Shown here: in pieces, positions 1 to 9,590 of the stretch | Position numbering within the stretch: position 1 is the stretch's first letter | Layout of the letters: every line of letters begins with the position of its first letter | Origin: Nemertoderma westbladi | Lineage: Eukaryota > Animalia > Xenacoelomorpha | Direction of reading: 5' to 3' | NCBI GenBank assembly: GCA_032718475.1 | Contig: JAUCBJ010005152.1 | Span: 1 to 51,445 of the forward strand | DNA length: 51,445 nucleotides | The notes under the pieces: generated by a model | Databases searched by the model: none | Told to the model about the DNA's origin: nothing | Seen by the model: only the letters and a program-made list of their open reading frames with translations | Position numbers and translations under genes: made by a program

Positions 1-4
1 CCTT

Positions 5-850
5 TGCTACGTACTGTGTACGTAGTTGGGTTCCTTTCCATTGAACAACTTTGCTTACCAAATCACAGTTAATATGTTATCAGATTTTAATTACCCAAAG
101 TGGACTGCAGCACACTTTATCTGTAATTAAAATTTATTCAGATGGCCCGCCAACTAACATATTCAGAGTAAACTTGGCACAGAATGTACTTTCTTGTTAG
201 TTGGGCTTTCCCTATTGAATAACATTACTAGGCCATCTCTCGCCATTTTTCATGAGCGCCTGCTGGTGTTTTTATAATTTCGAAGATATGTGTTCGACCT
301 TTGAGTTCAAGCCACAGTGACCATCTATAGCTGTTTTTACAGTAATAGATTAATTAATGGGCCTACTTGTGAGAGATACAGTATGTCATAACGCTGCTTG
401 CTATTAAATGTACAGTATATTAATTAATTGATTCCCTTCTACAGACAGAGGATTACAGTAAGTGCTACTCTACTAATAAATGATAATTTGAAGAGATGTG
501 TTGACCTTTAAACCATCCATTGATAGTGCTACTGTAGTAGCTTTTAGCTTGTCGAGAGATAAATCACCACAACAACAACAACAAGAAGGAGAACAAGAAT
601 TACATTTTTTTGAGGGTCCCTCTTACATACAAGCACTTCCTACCTCTAGAGAGGCGGGCAGATCCATTGCTACATACAGTACATACTGTATGTAAGTAGT
701 TGGGTACCTCTCCATTGAATAACTTTCCTTACTAAAATCACAGTTAATATGTTATCAGATTTTATTTAACCCAAGTGTACTGCAGCACACTGTAATAAAA
801 ATTCATTCAGATGGCCCGCCCACCTCTCTCCATTTTTCATGAGCGCCAGC
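5..850. repeat. Local diverged direct duplication (about 5-260 repeated at about 685-850)
   Basis: GTAGTTGGGT..CCATTGAA..AACTTT..AAATCACAGTTAATATGTTATCAGATTTTA..CTGCAGCACAC..ATTCAGATGGCCCGCC and CCATTTTTCATGAGCGCC occur in both blocks in the same order. Confidence 0.75.
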
Positions 851-1030
851 TCACAAAAAAATCCAGCTTCACACTACAGCTGAGCAACAGGTATGAGGTT
901 CTTGCCTCTGAGGCAGCAGATCACAGCGAGTGCTATACTGCCTTCACAGAAGCAGTTAAGTTAGCAGCTGCAGAAACAGTTCCTGTAGGCCTATACCCTC
1001 GAAATCAAAGTGGGCCTTCCAACCATTGAG
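850..1030 (+). mobile_element. Short RTE-like LINE ORF2 fragment (endonuclease-RT linker)
   Basis: FTLQLSNRYEVL...YTAFTEAVKLAAAETVP resembles the F.L.L.NRF..L linker of RTE-clade ORF2; recognised by eye only. Confidence 0.45.
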
Positions 1031-2373
1031 GCGATCAGCTGGTGATTTTGCCTTAACCTTGGTGGTTGTGGTTGGTTGGCTATTCCGCCCAGTAAGCAAG
1101 TTGATCGATTTCCTGTTTATTAGTTGACGGGTCTTACCAACCCACTCTTGATCAACTAAATAATGAATAGACTACTGACGCTGATCGGGCCTGATCGGGA
1201 TCTGTCCTACTGCGCTGACAGCTACAGGTAGTACCGCATTACTGCCATAGTGGAAGCAGGATTTGGCCTGACCTGACCCAATGCGCAAAAAAAGCGCCCA
1301 AACAATCAATTTACCAAAATTTGGCACCCGTCGAAAAAGAAAGTTGGAAATTTCTAGCTTATTTTATATGAATTCCATCTATTTGCGAACACCAAAATAC
1401 CGGTGTAAATCATAAACAGATGTTACAAATGTTAGCGCATTTGATAAAAAATATGTTCTTTCAATCTCAATTTCATATATTGTGACTCCTTGCTGATTAT
1501 GCTGAAAACCCATGCAGAGAAGTTCTAACTTTCCGGTCTGATACAGTGAACGGAATGGCGCTGGTATACCTTCAACGAAGGGCCGCTCAATGTATCTATT
1601 TATTTCCCCTTTCTTCCCTTTCATGTATTGATTTGCTCTATATTTCACTTAGTTCAATACGGTATTTGATCATCTATTATATTTAACTGAGATGTAGTAC
1701 CGAGTGGGTGTGGCAACACAGTATAACAAGCAAATGTCTGACTAATTAATTATGTAAGGACTCAAGTCTGGCAATTGTGTTTCCCTTTAGAGGAAACGTA
1801 TTGTGACAAGTCTTTAGTCTAATTATATTGATATAGCTACCGTATTCAATTTGTGACAACTCTCAATCGTGATATAGTTAATAATAAGAGCTTTGCTTAC
1901 AATAATGGTCTGAAATATCGTCATACATTGATTATTTGTTAAGTTAGAGGTACGACGGCACACATAAATCTGATGCAATTGTCCAGATTATCACTGATAC
2001 TTAATTATAGTGACCCACCTGGTTGTGGCGCGTGTAAAACTTTCTTGATTCCGTAATATCGGCGATATAGTAAGCAAATAATAACAACAAATTGAGTTTA
2101 CTAGGAGAATATCAAATATAACAACAGGTAAATATAATTCAATTATTAACAATGAATTTTAGAGTAATAAGAAATAGTGGACATAATATGGACATGTAAT
2201 AATTTCCAGTCATCAAAAATCTGACCAGCAGTAAAACTCTGCATGGGAGATGTAATTTCACAGCAGCATAACCATGTACTGAGTGAGTAAGGCATCCAAC
2301 TAACTGAACCTATACATCAGATTAACCATAATGGAATAACACAGCCAATGGGGCATTATTACAGGTAGAATGT

Positions 2374-3565
2374 TGTTCGCGCTTTTAGACCTTTAGCAGT
2401 TTAACCTGCCAATTTTAGGTGTCTTCTAGGTTATAAATCGACTTTAGCCTATAACAAGTATTTGATACACATAAAATTACATTAGCCGTAGCCAGCCTAT
2501 GCGCGACCATTCACCCACGGTTAAGGGAGACTGGATTCGGATGCTCTGACCTTATTGCGGTGTAGACTTACTGTACTATTCGATTGATCGTTAATATAAT
2601 ATCTGACAAATATTATTCACTTTCGGGAAATATTAACAGTTCCTTTAGGACGTGGCGCTCTAAGTATGTAAACAGAGTTATGACTTACACTAAACACAAC
2701 GGGATGGCTAATGATTTTCGTATAAAGCGCATTCTTTAGGAAATGCTTTGTTATCTATCACATTCATGCACAATACCGCACACTGCTGCACACTGATCTG
2801 CCGACCTTAACTAATTTTAGTCATATATAAGGAGAACAGCAACTGACACATGTAGGGTCTATGAAATAGCATTCAATTCACTCCAAAACCACTATAATGT
2901 AAGTCGCAATTGCTACAGGTAACCGGTCTCTCTAACCTTCAGTATATCAAGAAGATTGGGGTTTTATGATTATTTATCGATATTCTCCAAATATAACAAC
3001 ATATCCATCAACTTCTAACAATTAATAACCGACAGTAAATAGCAGTCAAATAATGCGGTGAAAGGTATGTATAGTATGATATGATTTACTGTGATATGTT
3101 ATGCGATTTGTATGATAACAGTTATACGTTTCTATAATCAAAGCCGTTCTAAAGTTTGGCTAAAGTCTGAAACACAGAATAATTCCAAAGCCGATGTTCT
3201 GGGCTCAGGAAAAAAGGTAAACAAAGACCATAATGCATTGCGCGATCTTCCGTAGGCTTCTGTACAAGATAAAATGAAAATCGCTCTGATTGGTCGAGCG
3301 AGCCGAACAAAGAAAGCCAAAAAGCTCCACATCGACATATCAGCTGATAGATGTCGTCATCTGAACTACACTGTATTAAGAGTATTTTGGCGTATTGCGG
3401 CATAAAATGGCTTATTATGTCCGCTAAAGTACACATACAGAAAAATTGCTTTTTATGTCCACTAAAACACCTACACAGTAAGAAAACAGCTTTTTATGTC
3501 CGCTAAAACACCTACAGAGTACTTTGCGGGGAAAATGACTAGCTAGATCCGCAAAAGCCTTTACA
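2374..3565 (-). repeat. 3' LTR of the Bel/Pao element (1192 bp)
   Basis: Colinear with 20394-21585 at constant offset 18020; about 15 substitutions and no indels counted by eye; reads TGTAAAGG...GCGAACA on the minus strand. Confidence 0.96.
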
Positions 3566-3573
3566 CCGCTCCC
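3566..3573 (-). promoter_or_regulatory. Short polypurine tract (GGGAGCGG) abutting the 3' LTR
   Basis: Purine-rich 8-mer directly before the TG of the 3' LTR on the coding strand; short and interrupted by one C. Confidence 0.55.
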
Positions 3574-3643
3574 AGAAAATGGGATTTAATTCTATAAAAT
3601 ATAAAAAATCACAGTTTCTAAAATATAAAAATACTCTAAACAG

Positions 3644-6600
3644 TTAGTCTTTCTTGCGCGGACGGCGTTTACGCAGTTTTTTGAGGCTAGCAAGAGTCCT
3701 TTTCTCTTTGGGGCGAGCCACTTTACTAGGAGGGCTATAACTCCTGGGTGAAGGGTGCAATACAATTGCATCGGAAGGTTTAGGATTACGGTCGGTGTAT
3801 CCGCCGGTCGAGGTACCTGGTTGATCGATATCAACCTCAGTGGAGCGAGGTCTAACGGCCTTTAGAGCGCGTTTTAGGACAGCAGCTCCTACTGGTCCCT
3901 GACGAGTCGTCTGAACGATAGCGGTAGGTGGACCGTGAGTAGTGAGAAACTTCCTCGGTTTAATGGTTCTTTCCAACTCGCGTTCTCGGGCTCGATATTC
4001 GTAGGGCCGTCGATGCACTTCCTGTAACTCTGGATGCGAGTTGATGAACAAATCGCCATACTCCGGGTCTTGATGGATGAAGTTGATCAAGTTATAGGAA
4101 TTAATATCGTTAGGATTAACGTTCCTGAGATATTTACGAACAAATTTGGTTGAAATACACTCACCAACACGCTTCATTAGTTCGTAACTCGGTGTGCGTG
4201 ATTTTTGTTCAACAGACGCGAATAGATAAGGATGGAACGCATAAACTCCTTCGTAGGCGCGTCCAGGGTAATAACGATGGCGTGACTCACAATGTAAATC
4301 CGCATTCGCTTCCCAAGCTCGGATGTAGCGTAGTGTAATCATTTCATCTACGCTTTCCAGATCGCGGTTAAAAGGGCAATCAAAACTGGCATGTCCTTTA
4401 ATTTGACAATGATGGCATTGAGTCATAAATTGGGGGCAGACTGCGAAAATGTGCAAGTTATTGAGTCTGCAATACGCACAATAGATCTCCATCACTGGTT
4501 GTTCATGGAAATAGGAGCAGGGTACGTCTGAGTCCATGGGGGTGAGATGGTCTCTCGATGCGCATAATCAGCAACGTTTTCGAGAAACATAGTTGGCATG
4601 CCGATAATCGTATGCGGTGAGACATTGTGGACCTTGATACCATTCCAAGACGTAGTCGTCGCTGCTCCGGGGCGCTGTAGGCTGAATCTCCTCGGATTCT
4701 AAGCATATTGGTTCGTCTTCCAATTGCATAGCTGAGGTAGGTGCGGCTGTCTCCTCAAGCGAACCCACTGTCTGAACTTCCACGATAGAATAACCCGTGG
4801 GTATTCGAGGTATTTGTATAACAGAGGAATGTAAGTTCTGTATACAAACGTCCTTGAAAATGGTGAATCCAGCGCTGTCTAACTTCTCAGCAGCTGAGTC
4901 TCTTAGGCTGAGCTTAGTCAGAGCGCGGTCCTTGAACTGACTATCAACGTTACGGAACGGAGTCAGAAAGCACCTGAAGCATTCGAAGCGGATGAATATA
5001 TTGTGTTCATCTAGCTTGGCGAGTTTGGTTCCAAGTATTAAGGGATGGGCGCGTATAGTACGACTGCACACATCGGCTAGCCAACCGGCAAGTGTGGCGT
5101 TTTCAAAGATCATGTATATAGCTAAGGAGGGACGAAGTGGAACACTCATGAAGCTATACACGACACCAGGTGCGGTCAATGGTCCATCAAAGTATAATCG
5201 AGAATAATGATCTCCATATACTTGTTGATAGTTGATAGGGTTTCCGACCTTGAAATTCCATCCATATTCTTGAAAGGCAAGATGTCCGATGGAAGTTCGT
5301 TGTACTTTAGTGATACCGCTGGGCGTATTGGCATACATAGTGCGGAAGAAACCTCGGCCTTCTGCCCAGGGAGCGATCAGCTGAGTATCTACGAAAGGAT
5401 ATGGGATATTCTCCATGTTCCTAAAGTCGTTTTGGAGATCTCCATAAACAGCTTAGCAGATTTTAAGGATTCTTTCGTTAAACAACATCTCGAGCACGGG
5501 CTGGGGTAACATCGATCCATCGATACCTATGGCCGGTTTACGCTCGGTGTCAGTGACATAACGCTGCGCGAGTTCGAATTGTCCATGTCGGAGTTTCTTT
5601 TGTATCTCGGTGAGGGTCTCAAAAGAATAATCAATCACGTCGGAACATGCTCGAGTAAATACGTGGGTAGAACCAGCTAGTCCTCGTATATGTATCATGC
5701 GCGTAGTTCCCAGTTCTCCAACCGGAAGGCTACCTTCGTTATCGTAAGTGACAACTCCATACATCTCTATAACGTTAAGAGTTTCGTTCCACTCTTTAGT
5801 GGCGTTTTCTAGGGTCATTTCCACTGGATGCCACAAGGTGGTGCATTCGCTAGCGTTAGGTAGATCTCTATACTTCAAATACTGTGTAGTATATGTTTCT
5901 ACATCTCCATATCGTTGTATTCTCTCCTCCTCGAATAACACGTCAAGATTCCAGTGGACTAATCGAGTTTTCATAAATCCATCGAGATTATACGGAGGTA
6001 TTATATCTTTCTCTATTCTGGAAACATTATAGGGTTTTCGGAATGAGTTTACTTTCACTAACTGATCCAGATGTTTCTGCAGTTGTTTGAGTTCGACAAG
6101 ATCGAGAGGATTTATTAGTGGTAGAAACCTTAGACTATGTGTAGGATCTTCCGGTTTTACCATGTAATGTTGAGTTAGATTGACATAATAAGGGTGATCT
6201 TTGATCCCATAAAACGAGTTCGGTAAAGGTCTAGCGCATATGTTGACCTCGTGTACCATACGACAGACAAGATCAGCTCTATTGTCCGGAGGTTCTACGA
6301 GTATACCATCGACACGAGCGGCCTCGATTGGCGGACGTTGTAACATAGGAGTGTCAGCGATAAGATCCCGAGATCTTAGGTTGATATCAACCGGTTGAGG
6401 TTGTGCCGTGGCAAAGAGTTTGTCTCTGAAATGGGGAACCATTGAAGGATGAATGATGGTTTTAGAATAGAGATCAGTCATAAGGATTTGAGCTTCTGGC
6501 TGGGCTAAAGCTGCTTCTTCTCTCTCATCCATTTCTATGTGTTTCTCCTCGAGCTGATTTTCCTCCGCTTGTAGTTGTAAACGCTCGTCTAGGAACTCTT

Positions 6601-7884
6601 GTAGAGAATAGGTTCGTCCAAGTTCGATGTCTTCCTCGAGGTTCTGGATTTCTCGGTCGAACTGGGGTAAAGCTAATTCTTTCACCGCTTGGACTTGTTG
6701 CTGCAATTTGCGTTTCTCTAAACAATCGTAGGTTCCTTTTCCGATCTTCTGCCGAATAGCGTCTAACGCGTTTCGTACAATGCTCTCCTCGACTTCGGTA
6801 ACGGGGTTAAACCGGGACGATTGTACGGGTTGAACGGCGATATTAGATGCCCGCGTCCCAATCCGGCTAGGTAGGAAGGGCGAATATCTAGTGAGCCCAC
6901 TACCGGAGTGCCACCGATTAATTGTTCGGGTAACACAAGATCTTTAAATAGTGAGTACAGTTCAGGGGGATCCGTTATACTATTAGGATCAAGCGTTTGA
7001 GGTCTCACTAAGGAATGAGGAGGTCTGACCGAGTATTCCGGAACTCTGATCATGGGTTTATTTAAGGATCGTTTGAGTCGAGCGAGCGTAGGTGATACGT
7101 CGAACAGGTTTCGTTCGAAACTCCCATAAGTATATCGTGTAAAACTGTGTTTAGCGCAACGTCTCCGCGGATGTTTATGTCTTTCCGTTTGCTGATTGGG
7201 TCTAGGGCATTCGTCGCAGTAATACCAAAGATGCATGTCCTGCAGGGGAAACGCGGGTGATCGTTCTCCAGTTTTACAATATTCCTCCATCTGTTCGAAG
7301 CTATCTGGGACGACAGGTAGCGGTCGATCGGCGGTAAGATACATCATAGTGAAATAGAGCCGTTTGAGTTCTATCATAGGGTCATGATGTATACCTTGAG
7401 GATATCGAGTTTCTAGATTTTGTTGACTGGCAATATTGAGATATGTTTCTCTCAAGAATTCCAGATAATCGTTGAAGTCACTGCGTTTATCTGGCTCTTC
7501 AACGTCTTCTCTTTCGAGTTGGTTTCGAATAGAATTATCGTGTTCTATTCTCGGTTTATCGTTCCAACTCCGCTGGGTATGAAATTTAAATAAAACCATT
7601 TCCCTTTCGGTGTCTACATCGTCCGTATCGTGTAAATCGATAGGATGGCCAGTAGTTAAGAAGTCCATATACGTACCATTACGATGCGTATAGCGAGCGG
7701 TGAATTTTCTATAGTCCAATTCACGCGTAAGTTGTTCCTGGGACATTGGCGGTTTGTTATAATGACCATCGTCCTCCGTAGGAGTTGGACTAGCGTCGCC
7801 GCGTATCAAGCTATCAACAAACGCTTGTAAAGGTAGAGTATATCGCTCCCTGATACCAAGATCATCTTCTATCAACTCAGTCAT
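3644..7884 (-). pseudogene. Accessory ORF of the Bel/Pao element (~1400 codons reconstructed): unknown N-terminus, DEDDy 3'-5' exonuclease, CCHC knuckles, basic tail
   Basis: ORFs 5453-6706, 4568-5416 and 3644-4537 are in one frame separated only by single stops (TAA 5453-5455, TGA 4568-4570); that frame stays open to 6943, overlapping ORF 6763-7884 in the -1 frame. ExoI VVTYDNEG, ExoII LPQPVLEMLFNERILKIC*AVYGD..FVDTQ, ExoIII PLRPSLAIYMIFE; CHHCQIKGHASFDC knuckle. Confidence 0.8.
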
Positions 7885-7959
7885 AGCTGCTATATGAGTT
7901 TATCAATATTATAATGAGTTTATAATTAGGCTAGCGGGCGTCGCTGCCTACCCCTCACG

Positions 7960-8083
7960 GCCCCCGGACAGCGCAAGATCCTCAGCGCCGATGTACCGTC
8001 GTCGCTGTGTTTTTCGCCAAAGTAGTAGCTACACAACGACAACGATAACCAGCGCGAGTCACTCCACTGTCCGTCCCAAGGGC
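7960..8083 (-). other. Long GC-rich RNA stem-loop just upstream of the accessory ORF start
   Basis: CGGACAG (7965-7971) pairs with CTGTCCG (8067-8073); 7981-8010 pairs with 8031-8058 around a 20-nt loop; the non-Watson-Crick positions in the inner stem are C:A on plus, i.e. G-U on minus. Confidence 0.7.
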
Positions 8084-8708
8084 TAAGATTTACTTCAGGT
8101 TCTTACTGCAGAGGTAGGGCTACTTTCACAATTGCGACTCGCTACTGTAAACACACTTTAGTAGTAACATTCACCTATAAACGCACAAATTCCACACAAC
8201 TGTCACAAATTGTACACATTCGGGCCATTTGTCCGTTAGTCAAGTGCCTTCCAGAATGCCACGTTATTATTATGTATCCTTGGATACTATCAGTGTGCTA
8301 TTTATTCCCTATGCTATTCAATGGGGCAAGCTTTCTATTGTTCTTTTAACTCGCTTCTAATTCTAGCGTGGTTGTTGCTATGGTGACATTATGGAAAGCT
8401 AGCGGTAGAATTAGGGTAATTCCCATGCATACAGATCTGGGATGCTATTTAATAGTAATTCTTTAATTGTCAATATCCCCTTTATACATGATTTTATGAA
8501 TTTTATCGGCTATTGACTATATATTGGAGATTCTCGCACACTAATACACTTAGTAGGGTGAATCTCTGCTCCCATGATTTATTAATTAATGAATTTTGGG
8601 AATATTATAAATTGTATAAAATAACAATTTATCAAGTTCATTAAAAGAGATGAATTTAAATTTATTCCCGTAAATTTTATTATTTATCCTTAAAACAGAC
8701 ATAATTTT

Positions 8709-9068
8709 ATTCCAGAGCATGTCTGGGGACTAGAATCCTTAATTCTAGGAAATTTGTCCTTTTAAGAGTATCGGTAAGTGCTACGATATCTTAATAGACT
8801 AGAATTTTAAAGGATCTAAAATTTTACAGATTTTAATTTATAGATTTTCTAGAGTTAACTTGTAAGTAGTTACTCTATTGTATCTATTTGACAGATTTTA
8901 TAAATATTAATAGTTAATATTTAAGATGGGCACTGGTTTATTCCAGAACATGTCTGGGGACGTTAACCATTGATTCTAGAATTTTGTCTTTTAAGTATAT
9001 CAGTGGGTGCCGCGATATCTTAATCGACTAGAATTACAGATGGTCAAAGGGTTTAACAGATTTATTTT
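8709..9068. repeat. Diverged ~130-bp direct repeat pair in the pol/accessory-ORF spacer
   Basis: TTCCAGA(G/A)CATGTCTGGGGAC...ATTCTAG...TTTGTC.TTTTAAG...CGATATCTTAAT.GACTAGAATT at about 8709-8840 and 8939-9068. Confidence 0.75.
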
Positions 9069-9590
9069 GCGTTTTACGCTACTGTTAAAGGGACATCACG
9101 CTACTATATGTATTATTTAATATACGGTATGAGAGCAATATTGCAAGAAGCAATGTCAGTAAGAAGAGGCAAGTCGTTTCCAAGGTCTACCCAGAGCTTG
9201 GTTTAGCCGAGACACGAGGATCTGAATTTTGCATTCCTAATACTCTACTTACCAATAATACTTGAATATAGTAGGAGCTTTATTGTACTTTAATAAGTAT
9301 GGACATTTCATCTTACTGTAGTCAAGTATTTATAATATGATACGGACAGTAAGGAAAGAGAAAAAGAATTATTTCTCGCCGTCGCACTAAATATATAATA
9401 TAATATAAGTAAGTAAGTAATAAACGCTAATATATATTGCACTAATCTACTAAATAATCGCTAAAATAACAATCTACTAAATAAAATTAAAGAAAACGAT
9501 TATAATAAAATTACATAATAATACATACATAAATATAAAAATAATAAAAATATATGAAATAATATAGTCACACACCCACTCCAGACGCTG

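Noticed and set aside
1379-1648. Possible host terminal exon on the minus strand
   Set aside because: No recognisable motif or partner exon; cannot be supported from sequence alone.
3138-3436. Small ORFs repeated in both Bel/Pao LTRs (also 21169-21456)
   Set aside because: They recur only because the LTR is duplicated; no recognisable domain.
3644-7884. env gene in the canonical env position
   Set aside because: No signal peptide or transmembrane stretch visible; motifs instead indicate exonuclease and zinc knuckles.
9555-9590. Internal PPT plus TG marking a separate LTR right after integrase
   Set aside because: No second copy of the following sequence was found upstream of gag, and the outer LTRs with matching TSD already enclose both pol and the accessory ORF.
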